Source of the DNA: Andalucia godoyi And28
Taxonomy: Eukaryota; Protista; Jakobida
Assembly: GCA_009859145.1 (NCBI GenBank)
Contig: VRVR01000040.1
Coordinates: 1 to 64,000, forward strand
Length of the DNA: 64,000 nucleotides
Direction: 5' to 3'
The notes below the pieces were generated by a model. The model saw only the letters and a list, made by a program, of their open reading frames with translations, was not told where the DNA came from and ran no database searches. This document shows positions 52,567 through 64,000 of this stretch, piece after piece. Both the position numbers and the translations under genes were made by a program. Position 1 is the first letter of the stretch, and every line of letters starts with the position of its first letter.

Positions 52567-54069
52567 TTATGCGTCCTTCGGTCCAAGCATATCTTCCGGA
52601 CGGACCCATTTTTCAAAGTTCTCGGCGGTCACGAGGCCGAGTTCGAGGGCGGACTCGCGAAGAGTAATGCCCTTCTTGTGTGCATTCTTTGCAATCTTTG
52701 CTGCATTGTCATACCCAATGTGCGGGTTGAGTGCAGTGACAAGCATGAGCGACTCGCGGACAATCTTCTTCAAGGTCTCCGTGTTTGCCTCGATTCCGTC
52801 GACGCAGTGATCGACGAATGAGACAGAAGCATCTGCAATCAAACGAATCGATCGGAGGACATTCGACACCATGAGCGGCTTGAACACATTGAGCTCAAAG
52901 TGCCCCTGCGCTCCACCAATTGTAACAGCCACGTGGTTACCCATGACTTGTGCGCACACCATGGTCAATGCCTCGCACTGCGTTGGGTTGACCTTTCCAG
53001 GCATAATCGACGAACCGGGCTCGTTCTCGGGCAGCGAAAGCTCTCCAAGTCCACAGCGCGGACCAGACCCCAAGAATCGAATGTCGTTTGCAATCTTGTT
53101 CAGCGAAACGGCAAGCACGTTCAATGCGCCCGAGAGTTCCACCATTGCATCATGTGCAGCTAGAGCTTCGAACTTGTTGGGAGCTGCCGTGAAAGAAAGT
53201 CCAGTCAACTTTGAAACCTCCGCCGCAACATACTCGTCGTACCCACGGTAGGTATTGAGTCCAGTTCCCACTGCCGTTCCTCCGATTGCAAGCTCGCAAA
53301 CACGCGAAATGCTCTGTTTCACTCGCAGAATCCCGTACGCAACTTGCTGTGCATACCCCGAGAACTCCTGCCCCAGGGTCATGGGAGTCGCGTCCTGTGT
53401 GTGCGTGCGGCCGATCTTGATGATGTCCACCCACAGTTTTGCCTTCGCGTCCAGCGCGGCCTGGAGCTTTTCCAGAGCGGGGAGAAGTGTCTGGGTCGTT
53501 TCAATTCCGACTGCAATCGACATTGCGGTCGGGAAGGTGTCGTTGGAAGACTGCGATCGATTCACATGGTCGTTTGGATGCACAGGCTTCTTGGAACCCA
53601 TCTGTCCGCCCATCATCTCAATTGCACGGTTCGAAATAACCTCATTGACATTCATGTTCGTCTGCGTACCCGAGCCCGTCTGCCAGATCTTCAACGGAAA
53701 ATGCGAATCTAGTTTTCCAGAAATCACCTCATCGGCAGCCTTTTCAATCGCCGATGCAACCGCACCGTCCATTCCAAACTTTGCTGCATTCACTCGTGCA
53801 CACGCCTTCTTGAGAGTTGCCATTGCATGAATCACCGGAATCGGCATCCGCTCCGAGTCTCCACCAATCGCAAAATGGTACAAAGAGCGTGCCGTCTGTG
53901 CGCCCCAGTACTTATCTGCAGGTACTTGGATCTCGCCAAAGGAGTCTGTTTCAGCTCGAGAAGGACCATCCACTGTCGGCATTACATGGTGCGACGAAGA
54001 CATGAGACGCAAAAGTGAACCTCGTGGAGACACAAACAAGCGCGAAACTCGAGATGCAGACACAAACAT
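52567..54069 (-). CDS. FH: fumarate hydratase class II, mitochondrial precursor
   Basis: [45 protein letters not shown], and an Arg/Ser-rich presequence. Confidence 0.97.
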   Translation of the reverse strand: MFVSASRVSRLFVSPRGSLLRLMSSSHHVMPTVDGPSRAETDSFGEIQVPADKYWGAQTARSLYHFAIGGDSERMPIPVIHAMATLKKACARVNAAKFGMDGAVASAIEKAADEVISGKLDSHFPLKIWQTGSGTQTNMNVNEVISNRAIEMMGGQMGSKKPVHPNDHVNRSQSSNDTFPTAMSIAVGIETTQTLLPALEKLQAALDAKAKLWVDIIKIGRTHTQDATPMTLGQEFSGYAQQVAYGILRVKQSISRVCELAIGGTAVGTGLNTYRGYDEYVAAEVSKLTGLSFTAAPNKFEALAAHDAMVELSGALNVLAVSLNKIANDIRFLGSGPRCGLGELSLPENEPGSSIMPGKVNPTQCEALTMVCAQVMGNHVAVTIGGAQGHFELNVFKPLMVSNVLRSIRLIADASVSFVDHCVDGIEANTETLKKIVRESLMLVTALNPHIGYDNAAKIAKNAHKKGITLRESALELGLVTAENFEKWVRPEDMLGPKDA

Positions 54070-54689
54070 GAAACAAGAAACAAGAGAGAAAAACTTCAGA
54101 ATAAATGAAGTGACTCGGAATGACTAGACCGCAATTTATAGAGGGGGAGTGAAAAGCGCTATTAAAAAGAAAAAGAAAAAGAAAAAAGAAAAAAGAAAAA
54201 GAAAGGAAGCATAAGAGAAACTCAGTAACATCTAATAAAACAACATAAGAAAAGGTACGCGTTGTGCGAGTGGAGAGAATAGACAAAAGTTGAGCACAAC
54301 AAAAGGGTTTTGCGTCACGCGTCGTCCAGCATCATGCGGCTGCATTCATGCTGTACGTGCAGTACCCCTGCATGTCAGAGCTGTGTGTGTGTGTCTCATA
54401 ACGAATGACATGTTTGGGAGGATGTTTTGTGTGAGAACGACTACGACCGCCTGTCGAACAGGACCCACCACAACGCGCGTTGTTCAAGTCGAGGTCTTCA
54501 AGTCAAATTCTCATTTCTCTCTCTTACTCTTCTCTCTTACTCTCTCCTCTCTAATCCAAATTTTAGGTTTCCTATTGCATTTCCCCCCGTTCTTGTTTTG
54601 CGTCTTTCATTTTTGTTATTTTTTTTATTTATTTATTTAATTAAGAAAAATATTTTTTTGTGGAAGGAGGTGCTTTGGTGGTTTTGCAT

Positions 54690-56498
54690 ATGATGACCGT
54701 GGATAATCTTGCAGAAAAGCTTGAGCGGGCAGTCGAAATTGCAGATTCAAAGCCTGCTGCAGCCGCACAGTCTCTCTATGAAATCATCAATTCATCCAGT
54801 ATGTCGCATTTCGTTCATTTACTTTTTCTTCGGGGGAGAAGGGGGCGGGGGGCAGAATCCTGCTTCCGTCTTCTTGCTGCCCCCTTCGCTCTTCTCTGTT
54901 TGCACGTTGCTTGACAATTCATGCTGGTGACTCTTGTCTTCTTTTCTATGTGACGTGGACTAATGGCTTATTTTGCTTCCCTGCGTTCCCTGCTTTTTCC
55001 CCTCCATGATGAAATAGACACGGATGCTCAGTCCATCAAGTGCAAAGAGGACGCCATCACAAGACTCGCAAAACTCTACTCTTCCATTCAGTATGTACCA
55101 TCTCTGCTTCCATGAGTGTTTCGCGATTATTGTCGTTCGAGCTTTTTCTTCTTTTTATTATATATATATTTTTTTTTTACATATCTGCTTTTGATACTAA
55201 TTGGAGGGTGTTTTGTGTTTTGCGTTGTTACTGGAATGTAGAGATGCTCAAGGACTTCGAAACTTGTTGGTAGCGGTCCGACCGTTCTTTCTTGTCGTCC
55301 CAAAGGCCAAGACTGCGAAAATGGGTATGTCTTTCTTTCTCCTCTTGCACACACAAGCGATTTGTGCACCGAGAAAAATTATTTCTAAAAAGAGAAGAAA
55401 ATGATTCAACTAATGAATGATTGGTTTGGTTTTTTTCTTTTTCTTTTTTTTGGGACGAGGTTAGTTCGCATGATTATCGACATGTTGGGCAAGATTCCCG
55501 GGACGGGTGCGTTGCAAATGGAACTCTGCCGCGATTCAATCGACTGGTGCCGCGCAGAAAAGCGTACGTTCTTGCGCCAGAGAATTGAATCGCGACTTGC
55601 CGCCTTGTATTTCGAAAGCAAAGACTACAATTCGGCGCTTCAGCTGGTGAATTCGCTTGTGCGTGAAGTCCGCAAGCTGGACGATAAGGCGCTTCTTGTC
55701 GAAATTCAACTGCTGGAGTCACGCATCCACCATTCTTTGCGCAATGTCCCAAAGGCCCGTGCAGCGCTTACGGCAGCCAGAACAGCAGCGAACGCCATTT
55801 ACTGCCCGCCTCTGCTGCAGGCACAAATCGATTTGCAGGCTGGCGTGCTCTGTGCAGAAGAAAAGGACTACAAAACCGCATATTCGTACTTTCTGGAGGC
55901 TTTCGAAACGTACCATGCGTCTACCGAGCAGATCCTTGTGGACTCTGAAATGTCCACCCGGCAGGCGGCGACACTGTGCCTGAAGTACATGCTTCTGTGC
56001 AAGATCATGACCGACAATGCCAGCGACGTGTCGGCGATTCTCAGTGGGAAGAACGCGATCGAGTACACGGGAAGAAACATTGCAGCCATGAAGGCCGTTG
56101 CAGAGGCGCATTTGCAACGGTCTCTTGAAGGATTTCACAAGGCACTCAGAGACTACGACGCCGAACTGCACGCAGATCTCATTGTTCACGCACATCTTTC
56201 TTCGCTGTACGACAAGTTCCTGGCCCAGAACATCATCAAGTTCCTCGAACCGTACTCGCAGGTGCAGATTTCATACATTTCGTACCTGCTTGGTATGGAG
56301 GCTGCGGTGGTCGAGAGAAAGATTTCGCAGATGATTTTGGACAAAGTGCTCCTTGGAGTCATTGACCAGTCCACCGGGTGCTTCATCGCATACGCAGAGG
56401 ACAAGGGAGACAAGACGTTCGGCTCCATTGTCGAAACCATGGATCACATGGGCAAAGTCGTCGATGTCTTGTTTGAACGTTCCCAGAAGCTCTTGTAA
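54690..56498 (+). CDS. PSMD11: 26S proteasome lid subunit RPN6 (4 exons)
   Basis: Exons 54690-54798, 55018-55090, 55242-55324 and 55465-56498, with GTATGT donors and TAG acceptors, all in frame. Motifs KAKTAKMVRMIIDML, EKRTFLRQRIESRL, LLESRIHH. Confidence 0.92.
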
Positions 56499-56719
56499 GC
56501 TCGAGTCCTTTTTCGATCTGACAGCTGAAGCAGATGGACCAAGATGATTCCTGTATGAATATCCAAGAACGAAAAGAAAAAGAAAAAAAAAACACACACA
56601 CACACACACACATGAGCTGATCTGTTTTTTACATATTATTTGTTCTTCTTATTTTTAGTTACATATTTGACAATAAAGCACATGCGAAGGGAAGGGCGGC
56701 AGAACGCAAGGAAGCGTCT

Positions 56720-58627
56720 TCATAGACTCAAAATGGTGCCGTCATTGGACTGTGGAATCATGAGTACAAGAACACCCAATAAAATACCTCGAGAATCTCG
56801 GAGCCAAGAAACAGATTGTGAGTACAGGATCTTGCGACCGTCTTTTCTGCGGAGCGGCGACGTGACTCCTGAAGCCTTGATGCGAGGATTGACATTCACT
56901 TCGTGGACAAGAGACAGGAACTCGTTGGTGTTTTGCTCATTCAAGTCCAACAGGTCCCAAATGAGAATGTCGTGCCCGTCGAAATCGCCCTTTGTGTACA
57001 TTGACACCTCCACAAGTGGTCCATTTGCATGGTAGACGTGAGCTCTACAATCCAGAATGCAGCCTGGAAACGGAACCGAGTCAACGACCATCTTGCTTCG
57101 GTCAATCTGTTCGCGCAAGAAGGAGTCCTTTGCAATGAGCTCATCGTAAACAAAATGTGGAGTGCGAATGGCCTCCGGATGCGCCTTGTAGATGCTGTAT
57201 TCTGCAGTTAGAAAGCGCTCTCTCCATTTCAAAAACGAAACCAGCACTTGCGGCGACAGTCTGTGCGCATTCCGTCGTAGAAATCGCGACATGGGCGAGG
57301 GTGAAATGATGTTTTCATCCATCAGCGTCCGGAAAATTGCCTTCAGAGTCGCATCTGAGTCGGCAGACCCGGAGCCAGGAGCCCCAGCTCCACTGCTACT
57401 GATTCCCCCCAGACCACTCATTGAGCCAGATCCACAAGTCGCGGAGGAGCAGGACGATGCTGGATAGCCCACGTCAAACGAAAACGACGTATCCAGCGAC
57501 AGCAAATCCAACGGCTCAAATGAACTCCCTTCTCCCAGTCCTTGCCCTTGCCCTTGCCCTTGCCCTTGCCCTTGCCCTTGCCCTTGCCCTTGCCCTTGCC
57601 CTTGCCCTTGCCCTTGCCCTTGCCCCAGCCCAGAAACTGATCCAAAGCCCTGCTGCTGCTGGTGCTGCTGCTGGTGCTGAATGAATGACTGAAACTGTGC
57701 GGAAAAGGCGTCCGGAGTCAGTTGTGGAAGCGGCGAACTCACAGAAAACAAAATTGGAGAAGCGCATCTGTGAAGCTCTGCGACACTATTCCCACCAGTT
57801 GCTAATGACAACGGAGGTGGAGACGATGATGACAATGACGCAGGTGGCAGTAACGACGACGATGCAAGTGAAACCGCTGATGCCGTCACATCAAGCTGTG
57901 ATTTTGACCGCTCAATCCTCCGCGACTCCAACACAGCCATTGGGGTATATTTTCTCTGGTACTTCTTCGGCTTCTTCCGCGCAACATACACGCACTCCAA
58001 AGGAAACCCTCGCTCAACACATCGATCACAGGGCGTGTCTCCATTGCATCGCTTCTTTTGCATCCTGCAGAACGTACATGCCCGCGTAAGCCTTTTGATG
58101 CCTCCGCTGCCCGACTGCGCACCCACACCCGACTCTCTATCTTCTTCATCATCCTCCACCTCCTCATCCTCTTCATTCTCATTCTCATTTTCATTCTGTG
58201 GCCTTCTTCCATTACGAGAGTCCATATTATGACTATAATGACCATGTGCATTCCAACTCTCCTCTGTGTTTCGACTCTGTGTAGGAGCAGTGCTGCTGTT
58301 GCTGCTGCTGCACCGAGTGTTGTTGCACCCCACGCTACCATTACTAATGCTACCAATGCTGCCGATGCTGCTGCTTACATTCTGGGAGTTGTGACGGATA
58401 TGCTGGCAGCGAGGCCGTTTTCGCGGAGGCTGGAACGTCAGGCTCGAGGCCTGGGAAAGATTGGCAGGAGACGAAAGCGGAGACGGCGACAATGAAGACG
58501 GCACACAAGAACTGGTTGTGGAAGACGTGCCGGTATGTGTGGACGCGGTCGAGAGAGCCAGCGGTAGAACAGGACCGCACGCAGCGACCGTAGTTGGAAA
58601 TGAAGTCGAGATGTGGCTCTGTAGCAT
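56720..58627 (-). CDS. Zn2Cys6 binuclear-cluster transcription factor with C-terminal PAS-like domain
   Basis: ACTFCRMQKKRCNGDTPCDRCVERGFPLEC; C-terminal PGCILDCRAHVYHANGPLVEVSMYTKGDF...LRRKDG (PAS/PAC-like). Likely ATG 58627. Confidence 0.8.
   Translation of the reverse strand: MLQSHISTSFPTTVAACGPVLPLALSTASTHTGTSSTTSSCVPSSLSPSPLSSPANLSQASSLTFQPPRKRPRCQHIRHNSQNVSSSIGSIGSISNGSVGCNNTRCSSSNSSTAPTQSRNTEESWNAHGHYSHNMDSRNGRRPQNENENENEEDEEVEDDEEDRESGVGAQSGSGGIKRLTRACTFCRMQKKRCNGDTPCDRCVERGFPLECVYVARKKPKKYQRKYTPMAVLESRRIERSKSQLDVTASAVSLASSSLLPPASLSSSSPPPLSLATGGNSVAELHRCASPILFSVSSPLPQLTPDAFSAQFQSFIQHQQQHQQQQGFGSVSGLGQGQGQGQGQGQGQGQGQGQGQGQGQGQGLGEGSSFEPLDLLSLDTSFSFDVGYPASSCSSATCGSGSMSGLGGISSSGAGAPGSGSADSDATLKAIFRTLMDENIISPSPMSRFLRRNAHRLSPQVLVSFLKWRERFLTAEYSIYKAHPEAIRTPHFVYDELIAKDSFLREQIDRSKMVVDSVPFPGCILDCRAHVYHANGPLVEVSMYTKGDFDGHDILIWDLLDLNEQNTNEFLSLVHEVNVNPRIKASGVTSPLRRKDGRKILYSQSVSWLRDSRGILLGVLVLMIPQSNDGTILSL
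57542..57624 (-). repeat. (GGGCAA)n coding repeat giving (Gln-Gly)n in the Zn2Cys6 protein
   Basis: Visible TTGCCC array on the + strand. Confidence 0.9.
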
Positions 58628-59184
58628 CCGTTGTTCCCAGTAAAATAAACAAGCCACACAGAAAAAGAAGAAAGAGACAGAGACAGAGAGGGAGGGGGAC
58701 AGAGAGAGAGAGAGAGAGAGAGGAAAAAAAGATGTATATGAAGGAAAAAGAACCAAAACTTTGAGAAGGATAAAGAGGCCAAAAGAATGTCGCTGACTCG
58801 AAACTGAGACGCAATAAACTGGCAAGACAAATACAGAAATCAGCATTGTCGTACACGGCAAACAGAGAGGAAAGCACTGAAACTCAAATTGGCAAATCAG
58901 CGGGCAATTTCAGAAATTGTCGTCGTCAGTGGTCGACACTCAACAGTGTTAATCATTTTTTTGGAATTTAAAAACGCCCGACTCAGAATTGCCGATAAAG
59001 GAGATGTTTTTCTTCTTTTTTACATTACGGCCGTTGGGATGAAAAGAATGGTGTTTTCTGCATGCAGGAAACAATAGGTGACAGGATTGGGCAAGTGCAC
59101 GCAGACGGAGTATCTGCAAAGAAGCAAGCAAAGTGCGAGGGGGAAAAATAGAAAAACAAGATGGATCCACGGGGTTGTGCGAGA

Positions 59185-62002
59185 TTAATAGGATGCGATG
59201 AACGAAACGTCCGGTAAACTGGGTCTGCGACCGCTGGAGCTTGAGAACGAGCCTAACGATCCCGATCGAGACCTTGCAGCTGCGATTGCATTTTTGATTC
59301 TGCCGATTTTTCCTTGACGAACCGAGATCTCGTTCGTAACCACAACTTCTGCAGACGAAGCCTGATCAGAGACGAACCGTGGATCGTTCCAAAACAAGGG
59401 CAGCCAGATTCCAGCCCATCGACCCGGGTCCACATTATTGATTGTGCTCACATCGTCCCGGGCATGGAACCGCGCATTGTACTTCACGGACATCTTTCTC
59501 CACTTTGATTTTCCACGCTTTGATCGCAGCTTCTCCGACTCGACAACCCGCAATTTATGACCGTCAATCGCGACCGCAATAAACCACGGTAGCAGCACAG
59601 CAAGACTCTGCGACTTCTTCTCGTCCAGGTCCGTCACCGTTGTGTTGTCGTACGTATGGAACAGGAGTCCCTTGACAAACGCTTCGCGGGCTCTGCAACT
59701 TCCGAAACGATAGTCTGCTGTGTTGACTGGGTTCACCAGCATTGCATTTTGTCCCCGGCGGCGCAGCACACCGTCCCAGTCAAACGAATCCGAGTCGACT
59801 GGCAGTGTGGTGTCATCGCGGAAGTTGAATGCCCATGTGTGGATCCACAACGCATTGAGTTCTGCAGTGCCCCACGGAAAGTCCCACATCACAAAAGATT
59901 CGAATCGCCACACGTGGTGCATTCCAAGAAGGACTCTTTCGTACGACTGCACGTTGCCAGGCTCTGCAGCACCTTCTACCCCATGCATCAGAGCAGCCAG
60001 AGGCCCCACCTCGCCAAGCTGCAGATATTCATGATAGGTCGCAGACGACATGACGCACTGCGACGCCGGCCACTGCGAGGCAAGAAACCGCAGCTTGGGC
60101 ACCGCATCTGCGTTGCAGAGTACTCCGGAAAACAAGAGATGGCCGTAACCATCCACAATCACCTGCGAGTTATCGTCGATCGTAATCGACTCCAACGACT
60201 TCAGCGTGTCGGTATCCAGCAGCACGATCACACCGCGTTGCACGTGGAGCCATCGCAATGAGCGCATTGCAGACACTCGGACAACCGCACAGTCTCGCGA
60301 CGTCTTCCAGTTCACCCCAGGCATAGCAAAAGCGTGCTCCAGAAGCGCATGCTCGTCCGGCGGGTATGAGTAAAATGCAGTTGGAGGACACATGGCGCTG
60401 CTGGTGGAGAAGGCGCTGACGCAGAGGAACTCGATCCGGAATCCAGAGGGAGGATGAACAGTCTTCAAATCCACATGTAGCGACGCCTGTCTGATCACAA
60501 CATTGCATAACAGCACCTCCTTTCGTGCTTGTTCGTGAAGGGAACTGCTGCTAGTGGAATAAGGTGCGTGTTCGTATTGACCACCGTGATGTTTCGTGCT
60601 GTGTGTGCAAGCCGAATAGTAGAACACTGGGTCAAGCAGTGGTCGGATGAGCTCAATATCGACTGCATCTTCCATGACGGACGACGATACGAGTGCAACT
60701 TGCTCACCACAATACTTGATCACCGGGAACGAATGGAAACAGAAGTCTCGCGCCCACAGGGCATGCCCAACGAGTCCGAGCTCGTTCACCACGCAGCACG
60801 GGTTTCTTCTTGAGAATCTCGAGCTTCCAACATCAACGCCAGTCCGGATCCGAAACAGCGGCGGCGGATACTCGACAAGGAGATTACATGAAACGGACAC
60901 TTGCTGCAACCGGCGGCACTGCATCAAGTCTGCTCGGAATGGCCGCATCATATCTGGCACACAGAACCGTACCACTCGCAACCTCGGCACATACTTGCCC
61001 ACATCTACGCCTGGCGCCCCAAGGACGAGATCGCGATTATCTTTCGTCCTGACTATCATTCGTTCAAGATCGACCAAGCGCTCCAGCTGTGCACTCGAGT
61101 CCTCGTGCACAATCAGACACGCATATTGATTCAACGCACAAAACACACCCCTCAATCTCGCACACTCCTTGATCACCACCACAATCGACTCCTCAGCTGC
61201 TTCCGCTATTCCCATTTCAAACCATTCTTCTGCCACACCATCGTCTCTACCATCTAACAATGCATTCGAACGATTGCGATGTCGAGGACGACGAGGAAGA
61301 ACATTATGGTACAGCCGGCGCCCCGACGATCCAGGTGATGATAGATAGGAAATATGTTGCAGCGGACGTTGAAAGTCGACGACGTGCAGCTCCTCGAGAA
61401 AGGGTAAGCGTTCAACATGCACTTCGCTCAATGCATCTGCAGCTAGCTTACCCGAAATCACAAGTCGAGTCAACATTTTCGGATCACACAATCGCGGGAG
61501 CCAATTATGCAGCGACGAAGCAGACGTTCCGCAGTCCACACGCACACTTGACGCACAAACGATTCGTTGCTGCTGCTTTTTCTTGTTGTTGTTACTGCTG
61601 CTGCTGCTGTTGCTCCTGCTGCTATTGCCGTTCTCCTCTCTTTCCACAAAACCCCCATTTCCTGCGTCAAGTGACGAGGGGAAAATGGGGAAGGCACGGG
61701 ACAAGAGAAGAGAATCAACATCACAATGGACAGATTTCGGTCGAATCAGCTTGTCGAGGCCGTCGGCATGCAAGGTGCGCAGTGCGCGTTCATGCAGACA
61801 CGAAATGAGGATCAAGAGGTTTGGAAACTGCGTTCGCATGGCCTCGAGCGTCGGTCTCCAGCGCACATAGTTCTCCGCGGTCCTGTCTTCTGGCGCCTCC
61901 TCCTCCTCCTGCTCCACCCGCGCCACCAAACCAGTCGTCGTCGTAGATCCTGATGCAGATGATGATGGTGGTGATGAGGGTGTTGCAGAAGAAATAGACC
62001 CC

Positions 62003-62055
<53 letters not shown>

Positions 62056-62841
62056 CAAAGAAGAAGAAGAACCAAAAGAAGGAGCAAGATGCGTGGCTTC
62101 TTCGTGATCCCAAAAGCCAAGCGCACCGCAGAGATGCAGCTCGACCGACGCGTAGAACCCAGTGAGCAGTCGTAGATTGTGCATCCAGCTGTCCATGTCG
62201 ACTGCCGTTGTTTTCTGCAAGAGCGCGTGGACATTGGGAAGAGTAGTGGGACAGTGGACGATAAGCTTTGATGCAGCAAGTCTTTTCGAACCGAGAGAAT
62301 TGTACTGCGGTGCTCTGGAGCTGGAGTCTACGGCCGCGGGGACGTTCGTGGTTGTGGCCGAGAGGGCTTGGGCAAGCAAGGGGAGTGTGGCGAGGTGGAT
62401 AGCGGTGGATTTGGGGCAGTGTGCCAGCGGGGCGTAGGCATCGAGGACAGTGGCGTACTGGACAAGCGAGGTGCACAGCGAGGTGATGCGTATTCGTTCT
62501 GCGAGTCCCGCGCCAGACGCCAAAAGGTCCGGTGTGGACGCCGCGACGGCATGGAGATGACAGACACCGAGATCCGGCGCAAAATCGACGGTAGCCGCGG
62601 TTGGCGAGATGCCGACGGTCGTTTGAGAAAACACAAGACGCGGGTACAGTTGGTGCAGAGAATGCACTCTCCACACCGGAACCACCGTATTGTCCGCATG
62701 CACATGGGGCGCAAGCCGGCACAGCGAGTCGTAGCGCCGATTGAGACTGTGCATCGCCGACAGATCCTCAAGAGGCAGGTACTGGAGAATGCGGAAAATC
62801 ACTGAATCGGGAAGGTCTGACACGGCTGAAATGTCCGACAT
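59185..62841 (-). CDS. F-box protein with LRR-like body
   Basis: N-terminal SDLPDSVIFRILQYLPLEDLSAMHSLNRRY; later leucine-spaced repeats (LPFLEELHV, LRWLHV, LKSLESITI). Confidence 0.75.
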
Positions 62842-63307
62842 GTTTTCACTAAATATTTAAATTCTTTTTTTCTCAAGCAATAACGAACCACCTCTTTTTT
62901 TAAAATCTCCTCTCATACACAAACGAACAACCTCAGGTTTCAATCTTTCTTTCTTCCCGTTCTTCTGAATTTTTGAGAGAGAGAAGGGAGGGAATGAAGG
63001 GGAAAAAACGTAAGTGAAAAAGATAATAAACGTAAGTGGAAAAAAGAATCACGGATTTTTTTCAATTTATTTATTTTATGTTTTTGATTTGGTGAATCAA
63101 TGGAGCAAATGGTAAGAACGGCAGGCACGAGCAGAATCAAAAAAGGGAAGTCCCATTTCTCGGTAAGAGCATGTGATTCGGATATCGGATGGAACGTTGG
63201 TTGATATTCTTTTTACAGCCGGTAATAAGATATTTTTACCCGTTGTTTTTTGGATTTCTCCACGTTTCTCTTTTTTGCTCTGGGGCGTTGCTCGGTGTTT
63301 TGAAAGC

Positions 63308-64000
63308 TCAGCCCGCAAATGTAATCTTCTGTTTTCCGTTTTCTTTCGCGTCCTGGTTCTCCGTTGTCTTTTGTGTACTGGAGGTGGAGGTGGAGGTGGG
63401 GGCCGGGTGTGATAGTGAGGCGGTGCAAAAGAGTGGATCCGCCTGCAAACAAGCATCAATCCATCCGTAACAATGGTTCAGTGCGTCTTCGAGAGTCAGC
63501 AGTGCGAGAGCCGACGTGAGCGGATCCGTGGATTTTTCAGCAGCGTAGCACTTCAGCGGGAAAATCGCATTCTCATTGACCCCCGTTTCCTGCGACGCAT
63601 ACCGGATCATGTCTCGCACGGCTGCACTGCAGAAGGTTTGTGCGAGATCCGCGGCGGGTTGCTCATCAGTGGATGTGAGCTCGTCAATGTGGGTTATGGC
63701 GAGCCCCACAAACGGCGCGCTGCATAGCAGTGACGACGACGACGAGGACGAGGACAGTTTTGAAATATGCGACACAACTCGCTTCAGTCTCTTACAGTAC
63801 TCTGCATCGGGGAGGTCGGTGGCGGATGCAACGAGAAGCACGTAGTGCACTTGCTGTCCGATGTGCCGCGGCTGTTGTAGAAGAGCATGAGAGGCCTGAA
63901 GAATCGCGGTGGTGTCAAGGGGTCGCTCGAAGCTCGTTCCGTTGGGGAGAAGCCCCGCGATGAGGAAGTCCAGCTTGATGAGAAAGTCGTCGATGGTACT
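63308..64000 (-). CDS. IFI44/IFI44L-like protein, C-terminal part (runs off the right edge)
   Basis: Frame open from 64000: LDFLIAGLLPNGTSF...VHYVLLV...LAITHIDEL...ASQETGVNENAIFPLKCYAAEKSTDPLTSALALLTLEDAL. This parallels the IFI44 C-domain (ILKG.VPD.Y.F...IHCVAFV...LLTKVD...LGIP...I..V.NY..E.ELDP..D.LIL.AL). Confidence 0.7.
   Translation of the reverse strand, partial: STIDDFLIKLDFLIAGLLPNGTSFERPLDTTAILQASHALLQQPRHIGQQVHYVLLVASATDLPDAEYCKRLKRVVSHISKLSSSSSSSSLLCSAPFVGLAITHIDELTSTDEQPAADLAQTFCSAAVRDMIRYASQETGVNENAIFPLKCYAAEKSTDPLTSALALLTLEDALNHCYGWIDACLQADPLFCTASLSHPAPTSTSTSSTQKTTENQDAKENGKQKITFAG

Noticed and set aside
57542-57624. Regular repeat array (CRISPR-like at first sight), likewise 31012-31071
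   Set aside because: Simple hexamer microsatellites with no spacers.

Overview
Gene-dense, intron-poor eukaryotic DNA, most likely from a compact protist genome. Coding regions are roughly 50% GC and are separated by short AT-rich, microsatellite-rich spacers; a jakobid such as Andalucia is only a guess. About 25 protein genes are present. They include MCM6, a ZGRF1 helicase, a DDB1/SF3B3/CPSF1-family propeller protein, a compact SMG1-like PIKK, dysbindin, AsnRS, SEC8, a 3R-MYB, proteasome beta1 and RPN6 (4 exons), fumarase, a Zn2Cys6-PAS factor, an F-box protein and a partial IFI44-like gene. The thioredoxin reductase is a selenoprotein: it reads Gly-Cys-UGA-Gly-UAA and has a form-2 SECIS at 26875-26917. 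The main result lies in the intergenic DNA, which holds remnants of two eukaryotic RNA-guided nuclease (Fanzor/TnpB) systems. One is a frameshifted Fanzor2-type gene at about 15.74-16.13 kb. The other is an internally deleted Fanzor1-type gene at about 51.3-52.2 kb. There is also a family of protein-less elements (4181-4689, 24455-24847, 50474-50526). The longest copy keeps the Fanzor2 3' end and a candidate omegaRNA scaffold whose base-pairing is conserved, despite sequence divergence, with the 15.8 kb remnant. All assignments come from motif recognition and folding by eye; no searches were run.
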